Positions 41,778 through 55,060 of a DNA stretch of 64,000 nt are shown here, piece after piece. The notes below the pieces were generated by a model, which saw nothing but the letters and a program-made list of their open reading frames with translations, searched no databases and was not told where the DNA came from. Location of the stretch: positions 52,638,001 through 52,702,000 of the forward strand of contig OX597828.1 of assembly GCA_951406725.2 (NCBI GenBank), in the 5' to 3' direction. Numbering within the stretch: position 1 is the first letter of the stretch; each line of letters opens with the position of its first letter. The translations under genes and the position numbers were made by a program. This stretch comes from Octopus vulgaris (Eukaryota).

Positions 41778-41811
<34 letters not shown>

Positions 41812-41820
<9 letters not shown>

Positions 41821-41987
41821 AAATTAAAAAAGGAAAATACACACACTTACATAGTTTTAATATAATTTTTAATCATCGACCGGTTTCGCTATCGCTATTC
41901 ATGATATGTTTTACTTATTTGAATATATATAAAATTATATTAAAACTATGTAAGTGTGCGTATTTTCCTTTTTTAATTTCTTATATA
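41812..41987. repeat. Inverted repeat (about 56-bp arms) at the edge of a Penelope-like insert
   Basis: TATAAGAAATTAAAAAAGGAAAATAC.CACACTTACATAGTTTTAATATAATTT and its reverse complement at 41932-41987. Confidence 0.9.
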
Positions 41988-42644
41988 CATTACAACTCAC
42001 CAAGTGGGGATAATCGAAATTCCTCTTTTCTGTTACTACTATATAGACCTTGGGAGCATAGTTTAGGGATATTAAATGCTTTTGTTAACCTCTTTTTATA
42101 TCACCTAGGAGGGAAAGTATGTTTGGACAAGAAATGCCTGACGGCAAAAATGTACGAGTGGGGATGGAGGAAAGTAACCGAATGTTGGGTATGTAAGCAC
42201 CTAATTAAGTGGAGTAAAAAAAAAAGACGAGGTAAACGGTTCAACGCAGGAATGCGGTTGGTGGGGTCAAACCATTCCGCGTTCATTCATGTTTTGTTTC
42301 TCAGTTCTCATCCGAAATAATAATATTTAACATCATTCAATAAGTCCCCGACCCCATTTGTCCCTTGTATCGATCCCTCTTTGTTTTAACCTAGTGGTTT
42401 TGATAAAATCATCATGCTAATTCCAAAGTTCGTGCGTTGATAGGTCATAGATGGAGTTCAAAGTTCACAGTTCGAGTTAGCGTGTTGAATTGTTGTTTCT
42501 TAAAAGATTGGTCGTAAGATATTTTTTGAACTAAGATTATTTTGCTGAACATGTTGTGCGTAGGATACTTCCAACGTATCGGAGAATACTCCATAGTTCT
42601 TTGAATTTGTGTTTTGTAAACATTACCACTTCCTTTTATTTCAT

Positions 42645-43064
42645 TTACTCTCTTTTACTCTTTTACTTCTTTCCGTCATTTGACTGCGGCCATGCTGGAG
42701 CACCGCCCCCAGTCGAGCAACTCGAACCCCCGGACTTATTCCCCGGAAGCCTAGTACTTATTCTATCGGTCTCTTTTGCCGAACCGCTAATCCACGGGGC
42801 CGTAAACACACCACCATCGGTTGACAAGCGATGTTGGAAGGACCAACACAGACACACAAACACACACACACACACGAACACACACACATATATACATATA
42901 TACGACGGGCTTCTTTCAGTTTGCGTCTACCAAATCCACTCACAAGGCTTTGGTCGGCCCGAGGCTATAGTAGAAGACACTTGCCCAAGGTGCCACGCAG
43001 TGGGACTGAACCCAGAACCATGTGGTTGGTAAACAAACTACTTACCACACAGCCACTCCTGCGC
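42645..43064 (-). mobile_element. SINE family A, full length
   Basis: Reverse complement of the 25609-26019 type. Confidence 0.92.
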
Positions 43065-43309
43065 ATTTATTAATTTTTTTTTTCATTCTTAGGGTGAGAC
43101 TCGCTCTATGCATATCCTATAGCTTAATGACCATTATATTCTTGAATAAATAAAGAATGGTTGGCACAGGGTTAAAATTCATGAATTTATATCTTTTATG
43201 GAGAGCATAAATGATGTGTTGATAATGCTGCTGCTGCTGATGATGATGATGGTGGTGAAGATGATACTGGTGGCGTTGGAGGGAAGAACGATGGTGCTAA
43301 TGATGGATG

Positions 43310-43350
43310 CTGATGATGATTTTGAACATGATGATGATGATGATGATGAC

Positions 43351-43382
<32 letters not shown>

Positions 43383-43383
43383 C

Positions 43384-43419
<36 letters not shown>

Positions 43420-43436
43420 AGTGATGATGGTGATGG

Positions 43437-43482
<46 letters not shown>

Positions 43483-43526
43483 GACGATGATGATGACGAT
43501 GATGATGATAGTGATGATGGTGATGG

Positions 43527-43570
<44 letters not shown>
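43310..43570. repeat. (GAT)n microsatellite with an internal higher-order duplication
   Basis: GATAGTGATGATGGTGATGGTGAT occurs twice. Confidence 0.97.
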
Positions 43571-44987
43571 GCAATACCCATTCTTTTTTCTATTTGTTAA
43601 TGCAATCTCTTAACCTATTTGCTCTTAGCAGTTCATTTCTTTTCAGTATTTTCCCAAACATGCACTTTTATGCATACAATCACACGCATGCACACATACA
43701 CACACACACACACACACACATGCACTATAAACATAAATTAACACACACACACACGCATTCATATTTATACGCACACTCACACATACTTAAACCTCACACC
43801 TAAATACAAATGTAGTTACATCCTCAAAACATTTATCCGCACGCATACTAACAACAGCAACATGTGACACATACACACACACACATTCACACAAACATAC
43901 ACACACACACACTCACATACGCAAATATACACACCACACCACTTGTTCCTTTCTTTTAGTCTATCTTTCTCCACTTTCTCTATCTTATTAGTCTATCTTT
44001 CTCTTCTTGTGTGTTTCTCTGTCTTCCTCTCTTTCTCTCACAATTAAATTCTTACTCTTTCACCCTCTTTCCCCTCTTGTTATATTTCCATCTCCCACTC
44101 TTCCTCCTGTCACAAATGACATGACGTCAAACCATCCCCCATTGCGAGGTCGCGTCGGGTCAGTTAGTGAATTGCCCAGACTGTCCCGCTACGTAACCCA
44201 GGATTTATGCAGGTTTTATATTCAACGGGCTGACAAACTTTTGGGACACAAGGTGCGTCGCAAGTGCCATAGCATATACGTGTGCGTTTGTATGTGTTTG
44301 TATGTGTGTGCGTGTGTTTGCGTATGTTAGCTTCTCCGTAGGAGCGTGCAGGTGCGTGAATATTCTTATACGCAGTAAAGGCTGTGTATATATTGTTAGT
44401 TAATGTATGTATGTGCATGTGTAAATGTTAAGATTTAAATGTGAATATGTAAGCAATGAGGGAGTTTATATCGTTTATCGTGTAGGATATGTTGATGTGT
44501 ATGGATATTGTGAGAATAAGTGTGATTATGTCAGAGTAAAAATGTGTGTGCGTGTGTATATATATATATATATGTATATGTGTGTGTCTATGTATATATG
44601 TGTGTATATATATATATGTGTGTGTGTGTGTCTGTTATACAAGTGTGTGTATGACATGTACGTGTGCGTATATATATATGTGCGTGTGCTTTTGTGTGTA
44701 TGTATATATATATATATATACATATACATGTGTGCGTATATGTATATATGTGTGTGTGTATGTGTGTATATGGGTATGTGTGTATATGTATGTACGTGTA
44801 CGTTTATAAGTATACGTGTGTGTGTATGTGTGTGTGTGTGAGTGTGTGTGTCTGTGCATGTAGCTGTACGAAGTATCAATGTTGTAAAGCGTTAATCCAA
44901 TTAGCAAATTATGTCTGCAACGCAGACAACAGACTTGCCCAGCATCTAAGTGACTCGGACTCATCATAACACTCGTCGTCGTCGTCA

Positions 44988-45065
<78 letters not shown>

Positions 45066-45138
45066 CAGCAGCAGCGGTACAGGGTGCGGCGTCAAAAAAA
45101 AAAACAAAAAGAAAAAAACATGGACGGAAAAAACTTAC

Positions 45139-45324
45139 CATATTTTTGCAGGTTGACAATCGTCCCGACGGAAAACGCACAATGAGCACCAATCTAAATT
45201 ATATTGGTAACCGAGAAACGGGTGCAACGTTAGCTATTCTAGCACTCTATTATCGTTTACGAAATTTTACTAGCACTACAATAATGGCCGTTTAAAATGG
45301 CAGAATTTTTTTCTGCTGCAGACT
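45139..45324 (-). other. Putative 5' exon ending in a lone start codon (AAAAATATG|GTAAGT)
   Basis: Perfect donor, A-rich Kozak context, unique CpG-containing sequence, possible acceptor TTCATTTACAG at about 45325. Confidence 0.4.
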
Positions 45325-45409
45325 GTAAATGAAGGAACATCCGTTGTAATTGTCGTTGTTATCATCATCTCACCAATATCCTAACCATCAACTTACCACT
45401 ATAATATTA

Positions 45410-45642
45410 CCTATTTATTTATTACCCACAAGGGGCTAAACACAGAGGGGACAAACAAGGACAGACATAGGTATTAAGTCGATTACATCAACCCCAGTGC
45501 GTAACTGGTACTTAATTTATCGACCCCGAAAGGATGAAAGGCAAAGTGGACCTCGGCGGAATTTGAACTCACAACGTAACGGCAGACAAAATACCGCTAA
45601 GCATTTCGCCCGGCGTGCTAACGTTTCTGCCAGCTCGCCGCC
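45410..45642 (-). mobile_element. SINE family B, full length
   Basis: Matches the other copies; TAATATTACC flanking duplication. Confidence 0.92.
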
Positions 45643-46269
45643 TGGTAATATTACCACTATAATATTACCAGCCACGAACTATTGCCTCGAGTCGACCAAA
45701 GCCTTTGAAGGGGTCAAAACACAAACACAAAGACACACATATACACACGAATAGATTTATACACATACACACATACGACGGGCTTCTTTCAGTTTCCGTC
45801 TATCAAATCCAATCACAAAAGTTTATTCGACCTAAAACAATAGTAGACGTTTACCGGTAGGCCTTCAAAAATAACAGCCAAATTCCCTAACTACTAAAGA
45901 CGAACAAACCATACAATGTACATTTTGTTATGAAACAAGTTAGAATGGCCAGAATAGGACAGCTCTTGATCATACGTCGAGTAAATCAAGGCTAACCTTG
46001 GATTAAACAACAAAATCAACAGTATCATTGTTGTGAAAGTACATGGCAAGCCTTCGAGAATCTTCTCCATCATCTAAAGTAATTACTTGAATCGTCCATT
46101 ATCATCAGCCATCACTGAAAATGTTCGTCTGCGTCATCATAATTCGTAATTATCAACACGACCATCATTATCATCAATTTTTATCAATATTAAAACAAAG
46201 CTGTTAATTATAGCTACAATATGCAAGTATAAGTAAAAACAGATCTTATATACACACATATCTACATAT

Positions 46270-46363
<94 letters not shown>

Positions 46364-46521
46364 GTGTGCTTATGTAATGTTTTTTAGATGTTTGTAAATA
46401 GACAGGCGAAGGAGTGGCTATGTGGTAAGTGGCTTGCTAACAGACCACATGGTTCCAGGATCAGTCCCACTGTGTTGTACCTTGGGCAAGTGCTGTCTAC
46501 TATAGCCTGCCCATATACACA

Positions 46522-46812
46522 TGTGGAGGCCCAATGGCCTAGTGGTTAGGGCAGCGGACTCGCTGTCGTAGGATCGCGGTTTCGATTCCCAGACCGGGCG
46601 TTGTGAGTGTTTATTGAGCGAAAACACCTAAAAGCTCCACGACGCTCCGGCAGGGGATGGTGATCCCTGCTGTACTCTTTCTCCTACTCTTCTGTTGGCC
46701 TGGTCGCTTAGCCAGCGGGGTGGCGTCATTCGAAGGTTAAAACAATTCGAACGCATTGTGACCAGCGATGTGTAAAACATCTGATGGTCTGGTCGGTCAC
46801 GTGATCACGTGA
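46522..46812 (+). mobile_element. SINE family C, tail type b (ends GGTCACGTGATCACGTGA-(TA)n), next to a family A head at 46403-46510
   Basis: Same head as 16601; tail shared with 56456. Confidence 0.9.
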
Positions 46813-46821
46813 TATATATAT

Positions 46822-46891
<70 letters not shown>

Positions 46892-47199
46892 AGATATATG
46901 TGATGCATGATTTTTATAGATTACAGTCTTGGTAGAAAGGAGAAATGGCAAATGTCCATTGAGACCGGTATCTGGATTTCAGGTTAATGAAAAAACATAC
47001 TCGTCGTCTATCGATGACGTTAGAGTATTCAACTTCGAAATTCACAGAAAGACGATTTCAATGGTCAGGGAGCATGCAATAAAGAGCCTTAATCCAATAC
47101 ATTCTCAGTAGCAAAGGGGATGTATCGAGGTTGTAACCGAAATTGATAACTAAGTTCCAGTTTTATATTTAGTGTGTGTATTTTTTTCTTTTCTTTTTC

Positions 47200-47435
47200 T
47201 CTTATTTGTTTCAGTCATTTGACGGTGGCCATGCTGGAGCACCGCTTTTAGTGGAGAAAATCGACCCCAGAGCTTATTCTGTGTAAGCCTAGTACTTATT
47301 CTATCGGTCTCTTTTGCCGAACCGCTAAGTTACGGGGACGTGAACACACCAGCATCGGTTGTCAAGCGATGCTGGGGGATAAACATGGACACACAAGCAT
47401 ACACACAAACACACACACAAGCACACACACACGCA

Positions 47436-47489
<54 letters not shown>

Positions 47490-47656
47490 CATATACGGCG
47501 GGTTTCTTCCAGTTCCCGTCTACCAAATCCACTCACAAGACTTTGGTCGGTCCGAGACTATAGTAGAAGACACTTGTCCAAGGTGCCACGCAGTGGGACT
47601 GAACGCATGACCATGTGGTTGATAAGCAAGCTACTTACCACACAGCCACTCCTGCG
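47200..47656 (-). mobile_element. SINE family A, full length
   Basis: Matches the other copies. Confidence 0.92.
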
Positions 47657-47768
47657 TATATATACGTGCAAATATGTTTGTATATAAACGAGCATATATG
47701 TATATATACTGAAATATGTGCATACATATATATATATATGCATATATATATATATATACATCTATACA

Positions 47769-47808
<40 letters not shown>

Positions 47809-47931
47809 CGCGTGTGTGTGTATAATGCATGTATATATATGCATATGCACAAAGGTGTATGTATATATAAACGCCACTATGCGGGCGCTTCATGTGTGTG
47901 TGCACACAATGTATGCACATCCCTATATATA

Positions 47932-47981
<50 letters not shown>

Positions 47982-50201
47982 AATACACACGCCAAAACGG
48001 CTGCCGAAAATCCAGGACAGTCGACCGACTGGAACACAACTGGATGTGAAAAATGGGTTTGTTGTGGGCGACGGTGTTGTTGGTGATGAAAGAGTGGTTG
48101 TTGTGATGATGGGATCAAAGTTGAAGAAGGAAGGGACGAAGAATTGAACAACTAAATATCACTTAACAAATGAAGAACTAATCTGTAACGACAGGTGCCC
48201 GAAGCACACTGTGTGTGTGCGCGCGTGTGTGTGTGTGTGCGTGTGTGTGTGTGTGTGTGTGTGCGTGTGTGTGCGCGTGCGTGTGTGTGTGGTGCGTGTT
48301 TGTGTGTGTGTGTGTGTGCGTGTGTGTGCGCGTGCGTGTGTGTGTGTGTGTGTGCGCGTGTGTGTGTGTGTGTGTGTGCGTGTGTGTGCGCGTCCGTGTG
48401 TGTGTGTGTGTGTGCGCGTGTGTGTGTGTGTCAGCGAGAAAGAGAGAGAGAGAGAGAGAGATTAAAGACTCTATGTGGTAGAGGATGTTTAGTAATGACA
48501 AAGACTCGGCGTGAAAGTGGTATTAGTGGTTATGGTGGTGGTGGTGGTGGTGGTGGTGGTGGTGGTGGTGGTGGTGGTGGTGGTGGTGATGGTGGTGGTG
48601 GTGGTGGTGGTGTTGGTGGTGGTGCTGGTGATGGTTGTGAGGGATGTTATGGAGGAAAAACTGTCTGGCGTTGTTTCTGTGGTGACGCTTTTAAATGGCG
48701 ACTGCGATGGGAGGCTGATGCAATAACAATGGCCGTCGTTGTCGATTTTGTTAATGATATTGATGAGGAATCTTTTATGCCGTAGCTGTTGTTAATGATG
48801 TTTAATCCCAACTTACCTCTGTACAAAGCAATCCAACGATCGAATACCTAGCCATCCGTGACCATCTGATTTAAGGAAACCTATGACGCTGTCTAACGAC
48901 TGGGCGTGAATTATAGCTGCCATTTCTAGAACATCTGTCTACCACAAAGAGGCTCCTTCGCTGTTTGTTAGGGTGGTGGAAGTGACGCTGGTGATGTTGG
49001 TGTTTGGTATGGTGGTAGTGGTGGCGGTAGTGGTCCGAATGGTGGTGGTGGTGTTGGCGATGATGATGCTGGTGACTGATAAGGTACTAGTGATGGTTGT
49101 GTCGGCGATGGTGATGATGGCAATATGTGTAATGAAGTTAAAATGTGTAACGTTGTGTAATTATTATTGGTGACAGTGGCATTAGTAGTTTTAGTACTGC
49201 TGGCAGAATTTGTGTTAATGATATTAGTCGATGGACAAATGGAAGATATGAAAGCATTTGTGTCTGAATGTCCACGCGTGTTTTAATGGAATAAAAGATA
49301 TCGGTTGAAACATCTCCATTAGAAGTAGTATTAATGTTAGTCGCTATTGTATCGTAGTGTTCGATGTAGTATGATAGTACTACACGTATTGTTGATTATG
49401 TTTCTGCTTTGAGCTCCTGGATGTAGATACATGAGGTACGATCCATTGATCCACCCATCCCGCTTAGCTTGGGACTGTGAGATGTCACCTTAAGGCATAA
49501 ACATTGTTAAGGGCTGTAAATCACTCCTAAGCATGCAGTGTTGAATCGTATGAACTGATGAATCCTGTTACTGGTGGACCTTGTGTTGGTGGCTTTAAAC
49601 AAGGTGTTGTCGTTTTTTAACCCCAAGAAAACTCACAACAAACGCACACCATTCCGAAAGGTTTTCCAACTCTAACTTTTATGTAAACCTTCAGATATCA
49701 AAACATCCAGAACTATGATATTGAAAGCATTCTTCATTGTCTGTTATGGTATCGTGTAATTTAGCTGTCATTTTTTAGCTGGAAGGACGACTATGTAGAG
49801 GCAGAGAGGAAATAGTTCTAGTGCGGACTACAAATTTGTCAGAATGTCTGAGTGCTCATGTCTGTTGTGAAAAATAATTTTTAATTTTAAAAGGTCATGA
49901 ATACTTAAATTACATTAAATAACTAGTTTAGCATTAAGGTTTAAACTGTGTATTACAATTTCTCCATTTGGAGTTTAAAATTTAGCCAAGAATAGGTTGA
50001 AAATCTGAATGAGGGTGATATTTTCCCCGTTTCCGTTGAGAGGCTCCCTAATTGACTTGCAGTATTGCAGTTGTTTAGCCTCAGGTCATCCCTGACCGAA
50101 CAAATCTATGATCAGTGATATTCCACCCGTGACTGCACATTATCTTATTTTCAGACAGCACCATTAGAATTATTTCATCTAATATGTTCTCTTTCTTAAA
50201 A

Positions 50202-50585
50202 GTGGAGGCGCAATGGCCCAGTGGTTAGGGCAGCGGACTCGCGGTCATAGGATCGCGGTTTCGATTCCCAGACCGGGCGTTCTGAGTGTTTATTGAGCGA
50301 AAACACCTAAAGCTCCACGAGGCTCCGGCAGGGGATGGTGGTGATCCCTGCTGTACTCTTTCACCACAACTTTCTCTCACTCTTACTTCCTGTTTCTGTT
50401 GTACCTGTATTTCAAAGGTCCGGCCTTGTTACTCTCTGTGTCACGCTGAATATCCCCGAGAACTACGTTAAGGGTGCACGTGCCTGTGGAGTGCTCAGCT
50501 ACTTGCACGTTAATTTCACGAGCAGGCTGTTCCGTTGATTCGGATCAACCGGAACCCTCGTCGTCGTAACCGACGGAGTGCTTCC
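50202..50585 (+). mobile_element. SINE family C, tail type a
   Basis: Near-identical to 16601-16986. Confidence 0.92.
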
Positions 50586-51239
50586 TCCCCTCTCTGTCTT
50601 AAGAGCTTATGGTATTATTTGTGAACGATTTTAGTTGCTAATTCCAATAGACCGGACTATTTGTCTTATAATGTTGTTATTGGTATTGTTGATGCTTTTG
50701 TTTAGCTCCACCTAAACCCTGATCGAAAGTATTTTCTATGGGTATTCCAGTCAACATGTATTTAAAATTAATAAATTTATCTTTAATCAAAGACGTGGTG
50801 TATCTTCGAATATGTTATCTAACGGGTTCTATGTTCTTTTTTTTTACCTTTGTTAATCAAGGGTTTGAAAGATATTTCTGTCACTTTTAGCAAATCGAGA
50901 CACTATATACAGACTTCCTCATTTGCTTGTTTAGCCAACGGTCAGCCTTCAGTTAAACTACTCATGGTTATAGACGCTATTGTAAAACCTATAAACCCTT
51001 TCCGCCTTGTTGGTCATTACAACGTATTCACAAGGAGTCTACCACGAGTGTATTTTGACGTATGGTAAACGGTAGTAAGAATTCATTTAATCAAATACAA
51101 GCAATTCCTCGGTAATTATTTTACTTCACACTATTGGTTTTCAACCGGGGTCAATATGGCCCTTAGGGGTCCATATTGGATGTTGTTAAAATTTAGGTGC
51201 AATAAATTGCTTACATTTCTATTGTACACAAAATCATGT

Positions 51240-51655
51240 CGATTGTGCGACTCCCGCGCCAAATCTTATTCAGTGAACTCACTTCATGGAAAAGACCACG
51301 AGGTTACCCTCTTCGAATAGACAAGAACTAACTCAAAACTGAAATTGAGCCTAAATTGTTTGAAATATAAGCCAGGAACCGTATCAAGTTGCGATGTTCC
51401 AGCACCATCGGAACCAAAATATTCTAAACCACCTGAAGAGAAAAGGAAGAAAACAAACAACAGGAGAGAACGGCTCGAGAAAATCAACCTTGTTCCTTAA
51501 CAACATTGCCATGCAGTCAATGTAATCGACTCTTCTATGCAAGAATTGATCGACAAAGTTATCAATGACATCACCATAAAGGAAGCATAGAGCAAAGAAG
51601 AAACTATATTCTTGAATACGCGATAATGCAGAAAGCCGACGACAAAAGATACTCA
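51240..51655 (+). pseudogene. Decayed fragment, possibly LINE ORF1-like, inserted in a hAT MITE
   Basis: Stop-riddled frame containing HCHAVNVIDSSMQELIDKVINDI, which resembles HTQLTAIDTDNKELMDYIKSNM of the ORF1 at 63094. Comparison by eye only. Confidence 0.35.
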
Positions 51656-51702
51656 TAATAATATTTAATTATAAAAATGCAGTAGAATTCCTTTTATATG
51701 CT

Positions 51703-51936
51703 TCTATTTCTTTACTACCCACAAGGGGCTAAACACAGAGGGGACAAACAAGGACAGACACACGGATCAAGTCGATTATATCGAGCCCAGTGCGTAACTG
51801 GTACTTAATTTATCGACCCCGGAAGGATGAAAGGTTAAGTCGACCTCGGCGGAATTTGAACTCAGAATGTAACGGCAGACGAAATACGGCTACGCATTTC
51901 GTCCGGCGTGCTAACGGTTCTGCCAGCTCGCCGCCT
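51703..51936 (-). mobile_element. SINE family B, full length, nested in the hAT MITE
   Basis: Matches the other copies. Confidence 0.92.
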
Positions 51937-52928
51937 TTATGTATGCTTCGAGTGGTTATGGAAGTTCAGTCGAGTAAAATAAGATTCAAAAAGGGTCTAT
52001 AGGCTAAAAATGGTTGAAAACCCCTTCTCTACACCAAAGGATGAAAAGTTAAGTCAACCACCGGAGAAACTTAGACTATACAGCTACAGACCTTCTGTAG
52101 AAAAGTTTAAAGTTGTCCTTATGTTCTTAATAGTTTGTAATATTGGTTTCAAATTTTGACACAATGCCAGCATGTTTGGGAGAGGGCCTATGTCGATTAA
52201 CTCGACCTCAATACTTGACTGGTACTTAATTTATCGATCCCGAAAGAATGAAAGGCAAAGTCAACCTCGGTGGAATTTGAGCTCAGAACCTGAAGTGCCA
52301 CCAGGTATTTTGCCCGGCTTGCTAACCATTCTGCCAGCTCACCGTCTTGATAGTTTTCTAATATTGGCGAAAGCCGATATCATTCGAAAACGTGATTCTA
52401 TAAACCAAATCGTCAATAACTCGAGTAATGATACCTATTCGATCATTGCAGGAAAAGTGAAAGAAGAAACTCAGCTTCGGAAGGGTTTGATCTCAAAATC
52501 TAAATACACATAACTAAAAAATAGCACAGGACCCGATGCTCGCTGCTTTGCCGATTGTGCCAAAGGGCATTCGATTTGATTGATGTTTTGTCAAGGAAGA
52601 TAAGCGAATGAGTTCAAAGGACAGCAATGCCATAAATTAAACTTTAAATGTAATTGAAGACCAAATGAACAAAATAAAGATATATCCATAAATAAAAGAA
52701 AGGAAAGCAAGAAGTAGATAAATAATGGAGAGTGTAATAAAAAAAGAGTAAAAAGGCAATAAAAAAAGTGTTGTCGGATGGAAAAGAGGAACTGGCGTAA
52801 GTGATTAAACAATGGATGTAATGTAGAAAAAAATGTGAGAAGAAAGAATGTCAGGAAGAAAAAAATATCGCAAAAAGGAAATTAGCAAATTAACATTACG
52901 AGAAAATTTGTGATGGTATCAATCGAAC

Positions 52929-53048
<120 letters not shown>

Positions 53049-54702
53049 AACGATGATGGTGATTTCTTTCATATAATAGTAATAGTTAATAAGATTCTGC
53101 AACTAGGTCTCAGTCCAAAAAATCACAATTGACCCTTCCTCCCACCACGAGAACTTATTCTACTTTACCAATTCTTTTAAGATTCATGTTCGATGAAATG
53201 TTTAAATGTGTGAGATGATTCGTCGTTAATACGATTAGATTTTTTTACGAACTCGTCATCATATATATTTTTAGAGTGCATATATTTTCCGTGTTTTTAG
53301 TCAAGAGGGAAGGCAGCAGTGTCTATAGTCTTTTACACTGCTGCCAAGAAATTGAGGAAAGTATGCTCAAATCGGAGACCTAGCCTGAATGTTGCAACGG
53401 AGTGGACTTTGCTAAAGGTCCCCAATGGTATCAGGTGATGGGGTTGAACTGGACAATGGATTAAGTGCATCCCACATGCAGGTCATGCTTCGATTTGAAA
53501 TCTAAACCTAAAGAGCAATAACCAATACCAAAACACATCCAAATTCTTCGATCTGTCTTTCGTTCGAATTGTCATGGAGGTCAAAGGAAATCTTTATTGA
53601 AATCTATTGAAACTCTTCTTGCTGATCTTTTTCGTTGCAGGCAAATAAAAGATTCCAAGTAGAAGCAACGGAGTGGCTTTGAAATCTTAATGAAGTTTGA
53701 TGCCGGCTGGCCAACATCCTGGGAGGGCTTTATTTGTACTGAAGGATGATGTTTAAAGAAGAAATAAGCATTCAGTAAAACTACTCAGTGAGAAATCATC
53801 AACGGTGTCCACTGACACGTCTCCAGCGAGTGGACGGATTGATTCGCACGAGTCACAGTTGGTGAGCCTGCTTCACAACTGTACTTTGGGTATCGAGAAA
53901 GAGCATGCAAGGTGGGTACCAGCGCAGTTGATGCTTGCTTTGAAAGAGAGAAGTCCTCGCAAATCTGGAAGTATTTCAAGCCCAAAATATGTTGTTGTTT
54001 TTTTCAGATCTGTAAGGTGGCCGTGTTTTTATGACAACTGAAATGAGGCCCAGTCAATGGAATGGCGTCACATTACTTTGCCAAAACCTAAGAAATTCAA
54101 GAACCAGTGATCGGCAGAGAATGTGATGGTGATCGGCATTTAACAGGACAAGGGTATCATTCCCTTTGATTTTTCTAGCATGTGACTGTACAGCCAAAAG
54201 CGTGTGGGACATTGAAACACTAAAAAGTCATTTGGAGGAAGACACCAAAGAACCATCTGAACACGACTCACATTCACCATGACAATGAGCGGCAACACAC
54301 TCCCCTTTGGCAACAAATCCGACAATCGACACATTGTACTGGTCAGAGTTGCCTATCCACTGCCCAGTCTAGAACATGCGTGCTCATATTTGCACTTCTT
54401 CTGTTCAATGAATGACACTTTAAGTGACGATTTGGCGGCAGAGACGAGTTGAATGTGAATGTAAAGTGGGCACAACAGAGCACACCCGAAATATTTTCAA
54501 CGAGGAATGGAGAGCAGGGTTAAACAATGGCGCAAATGTTTTGAGTAGTACCTATGTAGACATGAAGGTTAACTCTAACAACATATTCGGCTTGAATGAC
54601 CCACATCAGAGGATAGATTATACCCACCGTTACACAACCTTTGGGTCAAACCTCTTGTATGTATACAAAGTAATTTAATTTGCTTGAAACATTGCAGTAT
54701 TG

Positions 54703-55060
54703 TTACTCTTTTACTTGTTTCAGTCATTTGACTGCGGCCATGCTGGAGCACCGCCTTTAGTCGAGCAAATCTACCCCAGGACTTATTCTTTGTAAGCCTA
54801 GTACTTATTCTATCGGTCTCTTCTGTCGAACCGCTATGTTACGGGGACGTAAACACACCAGCATCGGTTGTCAAGCGATGTTGGTGGGTGGGGGACAAAT
54901 ACAGACACACAAACATATACACACACATACATATATATATATAAATACATATATACGACGGGCTTCTTTCAGTTTCCGTTTACCAAATCTACTCACAAGG
55001 CTTTGGTCGACCCGAAGCTATAGTAGAACACACTTACCACACAGTCACTCCTGTGCCTAT
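54703..55060 (-). mobile_element. SINE family A with a deletion in the head
   Basis: Matches the other copies. Confidence 0.9.

Larger units (their letters stand above)
51133..52026. mobile_element. hAT-like MITE carrying nested insertions (ORF1-like fragment and a family B SINE)
   Basis: Inverted termini GGTTTTCAACC / GGTTGAAAACC; GGGTC subterminal motifs. Confidence 0.6.

Noticed and set aside
43198-43803. 201-aa poly-Asp ORF resembling acidic biomineralisation proteins
   Set aside because: Pure (GAT)n tract open in multiple frames and running into CA repeats.
51283-51432. Minus-strand exon-like segment with good splice signals ending ATGAA|GTGAGT
   Set aside because: Sits inside a hAT MITE and antisense to a probable LINE ORF1 relic, whose A-rich strand explains the polypyrimidine tract. 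Exonisation cannot be excluded.
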